Shown: piece by piece, positions 9,557 through 18,830 of the stretch | Position numbering within the stretch: the stretch's first letter is position 1 | Layout of the letters: each line of letters begins with the position of its first letter | Source: Candidatus Heimdallarchaeum aukensis | GTDB lineage: Archaea > Asgardarchaeota > Heimdallarchaeia > Heimdallarchaeales > Heimdallarchaeaceae | Assembly (NCBI GenBank): GCA_021513695.1 | Contig: CP084166.1 | Coordinates: 576,001-640,000 of the forward strand | Reading direction: 5' to 3' | DNA: 64,000 bases | Notes under the pieces: generated by a model | What the model saw: only the letters and a program-made list of their open reading frames with translations | Told to the model about the DNA's origin: nothing | The model's database searches: none | Program-made: the position numbers and the translations under genes

Positions 9557-9934
9557 TTATATTTTTAGTGGATCAATAATTATACTTTCTTTATCAAAAG
9601 TTGCCAAGTAAAAGTCTTCTGTTAAAGTGAGACAACCAGTTGGACAAATATCTTGACATAGTGCACAGAAGCAACATTTTCCTAAATCTATTTGTGGATA
9701 AGTTTTTGGGTATTTCTCTTTATATTCTTCTTTTACTTCTACCATCTTTATCGCTTTATTTAAACAAATTTTGGCACAAGATCCACAAGAGATGCAGTTA
9801 TCGATGTCAAACTTATGTTTTGCTCTCTCTCTTTCTGATATCTCTACTTTCTCCATTGGAAAAAGAACAGTCATTGGTCTTTTGAACAAATTCTTGAATA
9901 TTTCTGAAATAATACTTAGTTTCATTGTTATCAC
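9557..9934 (-). CDS. NuoI/EchF-like 2x[4Fe-4S] ferredoxin subunit
   Basis: CISCGSCAKIC and CCFCALCQDICP motifs; 125 aa; last gene of a B-C-D-I operon. Confidence 0.8.
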   Translation of the reverse strand: MITMKLSIISEIFKNLFKRPMTVLFPMEKVEISERERAKHKFDIDNCISCGSCAKICLNKAIKMVEVKEEYKEKYPKTYPQIDLGKCCFCALCQDICPTGCLTLTEDFYLATFDKESIIIDPLKI

Positions 9935-9935
9935 C

Positions 9936-11048
9936 TCATCTATCTACATCAGCAGGACATTGGTTTAAACTCCAATAAATAGCAGGGACGTCAGCATAAT
10001 AAGAATCAGTAAGTAAATGCTTTAAAATAGGTATCATGTGAGTAAAAGAAGGTCCTCTGATCTTAACTCTATAAGGAGTCTTTTTTCCTGTAGCAATCAT
10101 ATAAATAGCTCCTTCTCCTCTTGATAGTTCATTACGTGTATAGGTTTCTCCTTTAGCTTTGCGGAAGTGAACAATAGGTTTCATATTAGACGTTTTTACT
10201 TCCCCTTTTGGCATTCTGTCAATTGCTTGCTTAACTATCTTCTTGCTTTCTTCTATTTCTTGCATAGCTATCAAATATCTTGAATAAGCATCTCCTTCAT
10301 CAAAAACTGGAATTTCAAACTCCAATTCATCATAAATTTCATAAGGATCATCTCTTCTAACATCTGAAGCAACCCCGCTAGCCCTTAAAATAGGTCCTGT
10401 TGCACCTAGTTTAATAGCTTCTTCTTTCGTTAACACTCCTACTTCTTTGAATCTTTCCAACCATACAGGATTTTCTTTTTTTGCGAATTTATGCATATAG
10501 TCAATCTTTTCAAATAAAGTAAGAATCTTTTTTTCTGCTTTCTCTGGTAAATCTTTTCTTACTCCTCCAGGGCAGATATATCCAGCTGGATAAAGTCTTC
10601 CTCCAGTAATATAATCGAACACATCTAGCATATAGTCTCTGTATCCCATTGCAACATTAAATCCAGTAGTAAATCCTGTTCCCATTGACATTACAGCGTA
10701 CCATATAAAGTGCGATTGTATTCTTGACAGTTCTGCAAGTATAACTCTGATGTATTTAGCTCTTTCTGGGATATCATAACCCATTAAAGTATCAACAGCT
10801 TCTGCATGGAGAAGATTCCACTGAAGAGGTTCTAAAACACATATTCTATCTGATAATACAGAGTTTTGCATTGGTTCTCTATATTCCATTAACTTCTCAA
10901 AACCCCTATGTAAATATCCTGGATCAACTACAGCTTTCATCACTCTTTCTCCACGAAGCTGAACTCTCACTGAAAAGTTTCCTGAACCAGGGTGAGCTGG
11001 TCCAAAGTACATTTCAAAATCTCCTTGTCTTTCTTCTATTTCAGTCAT
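9936..11048 (-). CDS. NuoD / [NiFe]-hydrogenase large-subunit-like protein with degenerate Ni-Fe ligand motifs
   Basis: 370 aa. N-terminal RICVLE...W where hydrogenases have RxCGxCxxxH; C-terminal NQCPADVDR where hydrogenases have DPCxxCxxH. Only the first Cys of each pair is retained. Confidence 0.8.
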   Translation of the reverse strand: MTEIEERQGDFEMYFGPAHPGSGNFSVRVQLRGERVMKAVVDPGYLHRGFEKLMEYREPMQNSVLSDRICVLEPLQWNLLHAEAVDTLMGYDIPERAKYIRVILAELSRIQSHFIWYAVMSMGTGFTTGFNVAMGYRDYMLDVFDYITGGRLYPAGYICPGGVRKDLPEKAEKKILTLFEKIDYMHKFAKKENPVWLERFKEVGVLTKEEAIKLGATGPILRASGVASDVRRDDPYEIYDELEFEIPVFDEGDAYSRYLIAMQEIEESKKIVKQAIDRMPKGEVKTSNMKPIVHFRKAKGETYTRNELSRGEGAIYMIATGKKTPYRVKIRGPSFTHMIPILKHLLTDSYYADVPAIYWSLNQCPADVDR

Positions 11049-11593
11049 TTTTTCACCTCAAAATAAATATCTTCTCGGGGATTACTTTCATCATAATATT
11101 CTTGTTGTACATATTTTCGCCAGTCGAAGTCCTTTCTAAACGGAGGAGGGCCAGTCCAGTCTTCCAACATTAGTGGAGTAAGATTAACGTTTCCTTCAAA
11201 AATCACGCCATAAAACTCATGGCATTCTCTTTCACATAATTCTGCATTTTTACTCCATAGAGAAGTAACAGAAGATATTGTAGGATTTTCTCTATTTATC
11301 CTTGTTTTTATCGTTAAAAGCATTTTTTCTTTATAGGACCATAAATGGTAAGCAATTTCAAAATTATTCTTTTCAATCCAATCTGTAACACTTATTGTAG
11401 AAAGATGTTCAAAACCCATATCATAAGCAATCGAACAAGCATCTACTATTTCTTTAGGTTCAATAGATACCCAAAGTCTTTTTTTTCTTTGGATATTAAC
11501 CTTCTTGTTTAATTTCTTACTTAAAGCCGTTACAATTTTTTCTTCTTTATCCAAATTATTCTTCTCTTTCTCTACTACACTCATTTTACTCAC
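11045..11593 (-). CDS. NuoC (30 kDa subunit)-like protein
   Basis: 182 aa with the ...ECHEFYGVIFEGNVNLTPLMLEDWTGPPPFRKDFDW block typical of NuoC; 4-bp start/stop overlaps with neighbours. Confidence 0.8.
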   Translation of the reverse strand: MSKMSVVEKEKNNLDKEEKIVTALSKKLNKKVNIQRKKRLWVSIEPKEIVDACSIAYDMGFEHLSTISVTDWIEKNNFEIAYHLWSYKEKMLLTIKTRINRENPTISSVTSLWSKNAELCERECHEFYGVIFEGNVNLTPLMLEDWTGPPPFRKDFDWRKYVQQEYYDESNPREDIYFEVKK

Positions 11594-12030
11594 TCATCCG
11601 GCATTCCATGAACATGTTGAACTATTTTGAAAACAGCATCAAAAACAGCTTCAGGTCTGGGAGGACAACCAGGAATATACATGGTTACAGGAAGATAATC
11701 TTCAAGCTTCTTAACAGTGTTATATGAATCCCAATACATCCCACCTGTTATTGGACATGAACCCAATGCTAAGACAAACTTTGGATCAGGCATTTGCTCA
11801 TAAATCTTTTGTGCTCTCTTCATTGATTTTGGTGTCTGAAAACCAGCAATAAACAACACATCAGCCTTTCTTGGTGAATTAACTGTTATCATTCCAAAAC
11901 GTTCCATATCCCATCTTGAACCTACAACTGGAACAAGTTCAGTAAATCCACAAGAGTTAAACCAATTAAAAACCCAAATAGCTTTTACAAAATATTTCAT
12001 CACAGTTTTCTTCTTAACCATCCTTTCCAC
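11590..12030 (-). CDS. NuoB / hydrogenase small-subunit-like [4Fe-4S] protein
   Basis: Motifs GSCPITGG and IPGCPPRP present. The usual tandem CC motif reads SCGFTE, so one of four canonical Cys is missing. Confidence 0.8.
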   Translation of the reverse strand: MERMVKKKTVMKYFVKAIWVFNWFNSCGFTELVPVVGSRWDMERFGMITVNSPRKADVLFIAGFQTPKSMKRAQKIYEQMPDPKFVLALGSCPITGGMYWDSYNTVKKLEDYLPVTMYIPGCPPRPEAVFDAVFKIVQHVHGMPDE

Positions 12031-12398
12031 TTTCTTCTCTTTTGTTTAGAAACACTATACACGAATTCTTGCTATAATTATTTAAAAAAAAATTTACTTA
12101 CATATATCTTTTAGGGTAAGAATTTAATCGTGTTGCTATACTTACAAGCCCAAAAATGATAAAATAGGTCAAGGACTTTTCGGATAACCGAACATTAATC
12201 AGTATAAATACTTGCCTAATCATGTGAATAATTATGCACATGGTCAAAATGGTGATAACTGCGAATTAATCAATGAAATAGGTGTTTAAGAAAAAGCACT
12301 TCTACTTTGAAAAAGAAAAATAAATGAAAATAGTAAATCCAAAAAGTTACAGTAAATAGATAAAAATATAATAAAAAAGAAAATAAAAGACATCTAAG

Positions 12399-14156
12399 TT
12401 ATGATTTATAACTCCCATATAGATAAAGAAATCGTTCTAAATAGTACAAGAAAACTTGATTGAAATAACCGGGAAAATAAATATCAGCTGCGTGACCTGC
12501 ATATGGAAAAGTTAGTAAAGCACAATCTGTTTTTCCAGTGCCTAAATAAGCATTTTTTATTATCTCTGACTCTTCAATCAATCTATCTTTTTCTCCTTGA
12601 AATATCAAACAAGGAGGAGAGCTCTCATTGATCAATATACTTGGATTGACCCATTCGTCCTTACTTTTTGTTGCAAACTCATATTTAACATTGTTTGCAG
12701 GATAATAAGGAATTATTCCTTTTATCCTTAATTTATTTGAAAAAATTTCAGTATAATTTCCAGAATCTATGCTTAGCGCAGTAGCTAAAGCGAGTTGCCC
12801 TCCTGCAGAACTTCCAGAAATAAATACTTTATCTAAATTTGCTCCGTATTCTTCCGCATGCTCTTCCAAGTAAAAAGTGAAATTACCTATTTGTCGAATC
12901 ATATCGTCAATAGTAAATTGTCCATAAACATTTTCTGGTCCGATTTTTAGCTTTCCAAAAACTGGTGTCTCATTATTTAGTCCGTATTGGATGTCAAAAA
13001 CACAGTATCCTTGTGCTGCAAGATATCTATTCATCATTTGTACATTAAGCTGTCCCTTATCTCCAAGAACCCACCCTCCTCCGTGAATTCTTATAATTGT
13101 TGAATTTTTTCCAGGTAAGGTTTCACTTGTTTGTTTCGGTAAGTAAGCATCAAAATAGAGTTTAATATCTTTATCAACTGAATAATTACTTTTGCTACCA
13201 TTAAAGTAAAGCACATCTGTTATAACTTGAACATCAAATTTTCCAATGCCAAAAAAGTATCCTGTTAGTTGAAAAGGATCATCGAGAAAATAATCTGTAA
13301 AACTAGAATTTTCTATAACTTTTTTCCAATCACCATCAAAATAAGGATTAAAAGCGTTTGAGAATTCTAATTCTGCTTGTTTTATTGTATAAGGAGTATA
13401 AGCTACTGGAACAAAAGAGAGAGAAGTAAAGGTTAACCCAAAAACTGCTATTAAGGCAATTTTTGCCTTAAAATATTTAGATCTCTTATTTGAAATGTTG
13501 ATGAGTGTAGATGAAGAGTTTAAAACTATTAAACCAATAAAAATCCCTGCAGGAGCAACAAAAACGCTTAACAAAAAGAAGAAAGTGTTTTGCATTCTTG
13601 GAGCAAAAAATATTATCGATGTAACTATCCCTAAACTCAACCCCAATAACGCCAAAATTAAAAGAATGACTTTAGCTATTTTACAAACTATTGTACCCTT
13701 TTCTTTTTCTTTTTCTTTTTCTTTTTCTGTGTTTTCTAGTTGATCTTTTATTCTTCTTTTTTTCACTAACCAGTAAAGACTTATAAAAGCAGGAAAAGAA
13801 AATAAAAACAATAAACTAAGAACAATCGCAACAGAAAAGATCACATTTATAGATTTGACAGGTGTGAAACCTGTAAAATTAACAAAAAATAGTACAATAA
13901 AGGAAAGAAAAGAGAAAACAAAGTAAAGGTATGATAGAATTCTAATATCACTTTTTTGTTTCGGCGATTCTAATTGTTTTGAGTTCAGGAAAGACAAAAA
14001 GAAGTAATTAAACATAATTGTAAATATAATGAATAATCCATTAATATTCCAAATTAAAGAATTTGAGGGATTTGCTAAATAAATTGAGCCTGTGATAATA
14101 TTTAGAACATTGATTATAATTGAAAATATGGTTATGTACAAAGGAAACTGTTTCAT
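12399..14156 (-). CDS. membrane-anchored alpha/beta-hydrolase (esterase/lipase, HSL/Aes-like)
   Basis: About 230-aa polytopic N-terminal domain, (KE)n linker, then HGGGW oxyanion motif (IIRIHGGGWVLGD) and GSSAGG nucleophile elbow. Confidence 0.7.
   Translation of the reverse strand: MKQFPLYITIFSIIINVLNIITGSIYLANPSNSLIWNINGLFIIFTIMFNYFFLSFLNSKQLESPKQKSDIRILSYLYFVFSFLSFIVLFFVNFTGFTPVKSINVIFSVAIVLSLLFLFSFPAFISLYWLVKKRRIKDQLENTEKEKEKEKEKGTIVCKIAKVILLILALLGLSLGIVTSIIFFAPRMQNTFFFLLSVFVAPAGIFIGLIVLNSSSTLINISNKRSKYFKAKIALIAVFGLTFTSLSFVPVAYTPYTIKQAELEFSNAFNPYFDGDWKKVIENSSFTDYFLDDPFQLTGYFFGIGKFDVQVITDVLYFNGSKSNYSVDKDIKLYFDAYLPKQTSETLPGKNSTIIRIHGGGWVLGDKGQLNVQMMNRYLAAQGYCVFDIQYGLNNETPVFGKLKIGPENVYGQFTIDDMIRQIGNFTFYLEEHAEEYGANLDKVFISGSSAGGQLALATALSIDSGNYTEIFSNKLRIKGIIPYYPANNVKYEFATKSKDEWVNPSILINESSPPCLIFQGEKDRLIEESEIIKNAYLGTGKTDCALLTFPYAGHAADIYFPGYFNQVFLYYLERFLYLYGSYKS
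13697..13728. repeat. (TTCTTT)n-like microsatellite inside the esterase gene, encoding a (KE)n linker
   Basis: ttctttttctttttctttttctttttct; translates on the minus strand to KEKEKEKEKEK. Confidence 0.6.
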
Positions 14157-14357
14157 AGAAGTTTTAATTCTTGTTTAATTTATTTATTTTTCTACTGTTA
14201 TTGCAAAAGTTTGTCCAATAGATGTACAATCAGTTCCTATTTGTGATTTTGTTACTAAGAAACAAATGAAATGCTCTTTTTTCTTTCACAAATTATTAAC
14301 ATTCAGTCTTAAAAATAGTTGAAAAAATAAAAAAAGAAAGTAAGAATCAGCTGTTAT

Positions 14358-16733
14358 CTAATTTATTTCTTCTTTTGTAACTTCGGGCATTTTCTTTGGC
14401 CACCAGTTCCATTTCTGAGCTAATGACATTATTGCTGGAACTAAAATTGTTCTAATAAAGAAAGTATCAACTAATACTGAAATACAGAGGATAAAACCTA
14501 CCTGATTCAATATCATTTCAGAGCTAATTAATAATCCTGAGAAAGCTATCGCCATTATTATTCCAGCAGCCGTAATTATTGTTCCTGTTTTTTCTACTCC
14601 CTTTATTATTGCGGATCTATCTGAATATCCCTTTTTCCTATATTCACTTATTCTGCTTAATAAGAATATATCATAGTCTAGTCCTAAACCCAGAACTATT
14701 GAAAAGGTAATTATTGGAACTATCCAATAAAGTGAATTCACCCCTCTTAAGACATTTGGGAACAACCAATCTAATACATTTTGCTCAAAAACTAGAACGG
14801 CAAGACCAAAAATCCAACTTAAGGTTAATCCAATAGTTATTAGCAGTCTTAAAGGGATGAAGAAAGAACCAAACATTATTACTATTAGGACATAGACTAT
14901 AAGAATTACAGTTAGAATCATATAGGGGAAAAGGTTTGTTGTTACTTCTAGAGAATCAATCCAGAATATAGCTCCACCAGCAAGGTAAATTTCGTATCCA
15001 AACTCTTTCTCAAAGTCCTTCAATAATTTTCTTGTATGTTTCACCCAATCTAATGCTTCTTTTCCTTGAGGGTCAAAAGGAGTAATTATTTCAAAGAGTG
15101 CAGAAGAATTGTCTGATGTAGCATAATTAGTCCACATTTGTTTATACAAATCAGAATTACTATCTGATGAAGATGGATTTAAGAGTATAGAGGCATAGAA
15201 CCATGGAATGGCTTGACCGTTCAACCAAGAGATTCCTGTTATAGATTCGTTAGTTAACTTCGTCTCAAGAGAAAGATTGGCTATGATCTTCTGACTATTT
15301 TCAAAAAATGTGGGATTCCTAACTCCATTAGTTTCATTGGTCTGAATAATTAAATAATAAGGTAACAATTGTCCAGCGTCAAAATCCTCTTCCAAGATAG
15401 CATAAGCAGCCCATGTTTGTGAATTTCTAGGTAGAAGATGTTTGTTTTCTAGACTAAGTTCCATTTTCATTACGTTCACAGATATCGGTACTGCGATAAC
15501 AAGAATTAACAAGATTATTGGAACAGCATATTTTTGAGAAAACTTTGTAATTGTAACCCAATTTAATTTCTTTCTTGCATCTTTGATATTTTCTTTAATT
15601 TTTTTGTTTTTACCATTGTTCTTTATTTTCTCCAGTTTCTGTTCTATTTTCTTAATGTATTTCTCATTATAGAAAAACTTACCAAAAGTAAGCAAAGCTG
15701 CAGGTGTAAAAGTTAGATTTGTAACTAAAGTAACAACAACTGTAATCCCTGCAGATAAGCCCAAAGAAGCAATGGCATTAACAGGAAAGAACATTAAACC
15801 TAAGAAACAAACAGCAAGAGTTAAACCAGAGACAAGTATTGTATGGCCAGAATGTTCATTCATTAATGAAACAGCTGTAAAATTATCTTTACCCTTCTCC
15901 ACTTCTTCTCTGTATCTAGTGAGTAAGAAAAGACTATAATCAATAGATATGGCTATAACTAACGACATAACAATACTTGGAGCAAAAGAAAGAATAGTGT
16001 AGATGTATGTAAACCCGTAAAGAATGAGAAAAGTAGTAAAGATACTAATTGCTATACTAATTAAAGGCAAAATCATAAGTTTAAGTCTTCTGATAACTAT
16101 AGCTAATACAATTAAAGCAATAGGTAAAATGAACGAATCCATGCGTTTTAGATTATCAACTATTGCTGTGCTGAAATCTCTATCCATAACTGCTAAGCCT
16201 GTAAGATATACAGAATACTCTTCTTCATTCAAATGAATCTCAAAAGCAGTGTCTTCAACATATTCAATAAAATCTTCCTCTACATCTTTATTCTCGGTTT
16301 CATAGATCACAATAATTAGAGTTGAAGTTAGATTCTCAGAAACGAATGATTTTGCAACATCCGATTGATTAATGGCTTGTAACCCATAATAACTGTAAAT
16401 TCCCTTAATTATCTGACTATTTTCAAAATTATTTAATTTTTCAATTAAAGCAAAAGTATAGTTCTGAACTTCAGGATTAAGAACAGAATTATTATTATTT
16501 GATTTTATAATAATGATTAAGCTTGTACTATTTGCTCTTTCAGGAAATACTTGCTCTAAAACTTGTTGAGCTTTATATCCATCAGTATACTCAGGAGGTT
16601 CAAACACATTTTCAGTTTTATCAAAAAAATTGAAACCATATGTTATTCCCAAAACTAGTATAATTATCCAAAAAACAAGTATTGGTACTCTAAATTTTTT
16701 TATGTATTTGTTATATCTATCAACAATCCCCAT
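14358..16733 (-). CDS. MMPL/RND-superfamily membrane transporter
   Basis: Two TM bundles separated by large extracytoplasmic loops; hallmark IDYSLFLLTRYREE and LDYDIFLLSRISEYR motifs in each half. Confidence 0.8.
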   Translation of the reverse strand: MGIVDRYNKYIKKFRVPILVFWIIILVLGITYGFNFFDKTENVFEPPEYTDGYKAQQVLEQVFPERANSTSLIIIIKSNNNNSVLNPEVQNYTFALIEKLNNFENSQIIKGIYSYYGLQAINQSDVAKSFVSENLTSTLIIVIYETENKDVEEDFIEYVEDTAFEIHLNEEEYSVYLTGLAVMDRDFSTAIVDNLKRMDSFILPIALIVLAIVIRRLKLMILPLISIAISIFTTFLILYGFTYIYTILSFAPSIVMSLVIAISIDYSLFLLTRYREEVEKGKDNFTAVSLMNEHSGHTILVSGLTLAVCFLGLMFFPVNAIASLGLSAGITVVVTLVTNLTFTPAALLTFGKFFYNEKYIKKIEQKLEKIKNNGKNKKIKENIKDARKKLNWVTITKFSQKYAVPIILLILVIAVPISVNVMKMELSLENKHLLPRNSQTWAAYAILEEDFDAGQLLPYYLIIQTNETNGVRNPTFFENSQKIIANLSLETKLTNESITGISWLNGQAIPWFYASILLNPSSSDSNSDLYKQMWTNYATSDNSSALFEIITPFDPQGKEALDWVKHTRKLLKDFEKEFGYEIYLAGGAIFWIDSLEVTTNLFPYMILTVILIVYVLIVIMFGSFFIPLRLLITIGLTLSWIFGLAVLVFEQNVLDWLFPNVLRGVNSLYWIVPIITFSIVLGLGLDYDIFLLSRISEYRKKGYSDRSAIIKGVEKTGTIITAAGIIMAIAFSGLLISSEMILNQVGFILCISVLVDTFFIRTILVPAIMSLAQKWNWWPKKMPEVTKEEIN

Positions 16734-16840
16734 TTCATATCACCCACGTTTTGTTTATTAATATGCGTTTTTTGTTGTCAGTATCCTAAACATAACAACA
16801 CCCTTATATAAACATAACCTAATAACTATTCTGAGAAGAG

Positions 16841-17530
16841 ATGAATGATAGTTTCAGGATGAGAAAAGATCAAAGAAAAGAATTAATTAAACAAGTAGCA
16901 ATACAAAAAATGGTTGAAGAGGGTATAGAAAACGTAAGTATGAAATCTATTGCAGAAGAAGCAGAAATATCAGATACGCTACTCTACCGCTATTATCCCA
17001 GTAAATATGTGATATTATATGACTTCTTCTTATGTGAATTTGATAAAATAAATGATCGAATTGAAGAAATCTTTGAAACAATCAAAATAATGATTACTGA
17101 CCTTTCTCAATCAATTCCAATTCTAGTTAAAATATTGAAAAAACTTCTAAGAGAGTTCAAGTATGGATTACTCTTATTAATAAATGAAGAGGAAAAAATA
17201 TTTACTTACTTGGAAGAAGGAAGAAAAATTTGGGAAGAGAAAGGAGAAAACGTTCCTACTCTTTCATTAGAATATTTCCTAAATAAGCAAACAGTGGAAG
17301 TTATCGCAGAATATTTCTTAAGATGTAAAAAGGACGGGTTCTTTAAAGAAACAATTGACCCAAAAGTTGCTTCAATGATGCTTATAACAATAATCTGGCA
17401 AACAATAATAAAAAGACCATACAAGTTCTTAGAACCAGAAATGAAAGAAGAAGAATATGATAGATTACTTGATGCACAAATAGATATCATAATCAAGGCT
17501 TTAACTCCAAAGTCTAAAAGTGAAAAATAG
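16841..17530 (+). CDS. TetR/AcrR-family transcriptional regulator
   Basis: N-terminal HTH SMKSIAEEAEISDTLLYRYYPSK; divergently oriented to the MMPL gene. Confidence 0.7.
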   Translation: MNDSFRMRKDQRKELIKQVAIQKMVEEGIENVSMKSIAEEAEISDTLLYRYYPSKYVILYDFFLCEFDKINDRIEEIFETIKIMITDLSQSIPILVKILKKLLREFKYGLLLLINEEEKIFTYLEEGRKIWEEKGENVPTLSLEYFLNKQTVEVIAEYFLRCKKDGFFKETIDPKVASMMLITIIWQTIIKRPYKFLEPEMKEEEYDRLLDAQIDIIIKALTPKSKSEK

Positions 17531-17575
17531 AATTAAAATTTTAAAGATATAAAGAAAAAGTGGGTCTATTATTAC

Positions 17576-18151
17576 TTAAGCTATGATAAGCTCGATAAAA
17601 TCGTTTGCAAATTTTTCTACTTTTTTCCAATCTCTGAAGTCAACAATATTGTTTTTCATATCTGGTTCATGTTCTTTGGCCACTACAGAAGCAATTTTCT
17701 TATCTAGCCAGCCCATTCTACTATTATCTGACAGATCAAGTTTTCCTCCAAATGCTTCAATTAGTTGAAATTCTAAACCTAGTTTTTCAATTCGTTCAAT
17801 TATGTATTGTTTTTTAATTTCATCATATCTTTCTTGCTGTGCAGCAAAAGCTGAACTAATGAAAAATGCCTTTTTTCCGCTATATTGTTTTAGTTTTTCT
17901 TTCTCCTTATTCAGATAATTTTTTACTTCTTTTACCCACATTGACATCTTAATTCCTGTACCTATAACAACACCATCGTAATTATTAATTTTAGGAAGAT
18001 TTTTGTTTTTGACTTTTTTTAAATCAAAAATGTCTGTTTTAATTTCTTTTTTCTCAAACATCTCCTTTAATTTCTCAGCTACTTCTTCTGTTGCTCCAAA
18101 TCTTGTTCCATATAGGATTAAAACTTTCTTATCAGTAATTTTATTCACCAA
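17576..18151 (-). CDS. flavodoxin-like fold protein
   Basis: KKVLILYGTRFGATEEVAEKL N-terminal flavodoxin signature. Confidence 0.5.
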   Translation of the reverse strand: MVNKITDKKVLILYGTRFGATEEVAEKLKEMFEKKEIKTDIFDLKKVKNKNLPKINNYDGVVIGTGIKMSMWVKEVKNYLNKEKEKLKQYSGKKAFFISSAFAAQQERYDEIKKQYIIERIEKLGLEFQLIEAFGGKLDLSDNSRMGWLDKKIASVVAKEHEPDMKNNIVDFRDWKKVEKFANDFIELIIA

Positions 18152-18397
18152 TTTGATTTACAAAATGCATAGAATATAACTTTTTGCTTTTACAAAACAG
18201 AAATAAAATAAGTCTTGAGAACTGAGAACTAAGGTGAAAAATAGTGTCACTTTGATACAACTCTCAAGACAAGAAAAACATAAACAACACAGAAATTAAA
18301 AATTAATTCTATATTATTGGACTTAACCCCTATCTCCATTTCAACGCTTTTTTTCAATAATTAATAAAAGAACAAGAAAAAAGAGTAAGAAGGTATT

Positions 18398-18826
18398 TTA
18401 TAATATAATGAAGAAATAGAGAACAATTTGTGATATGGTGAAGGATAGAATAGACAAAACGAGGAAAAACCTACATAAATACTTGAAAAATAGTTGTTTT
18501 CGGTTTTGGGGATTAATTCTGTGAAATAATCGCGTAGAAATGTTTGGCTCTTCTTTTTTTGATAAGCTAATTAAATGTGGAATAGCAAAGGTTGCAGCAA
18601 GATCTGTGCTTATTGTTACAAAGGGTATTAATACTAACACAAAATATAGCACACTCAGGGTCAAGTCTTCTGTAAAGATAGATTTTTCAAAAAAAGTAAA
18701 TGGAATCACTACTCCTACAAAAGTGAACAAAAACAATATCAGTACTTCAAATATAAAACTACCTTTCCACGATATTTGCTCGGGAGAGCTGATAATGATT
18801 TTTTTGTTTTTCTTATTAGGTTGCAT
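18398..18826 (-). CDS. small integral membrane protein, unknown function
   Basis: About 4 predicted TM helices; no motif. Confidence 0.35.
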   Translation of the reverse strand: MQPNKKNKKIIISSPEQISWKGSFIFEVLILFLFTFVGVVIPFTFFEKSIFTEDLTLSVLYFVLVLIPFVTISTDLAATFAIPHLISLSKKEEPNISTRLFHRINPQNRKQLFFKYLCRFFLVLSILSFTISQIVLYFFIIL

Positions 18827-18830
18827 AGTT

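Noticed and set aside
18212-18270. 9-bp inverted repeat gtcttgaga ... tctcaagac downstream of the 18398 membrane-protein gene
   Set aside because: Stem is short with an approximately 40-nt loop; weak as a structured RNA or terminator. No supporting conservation can be assessed.
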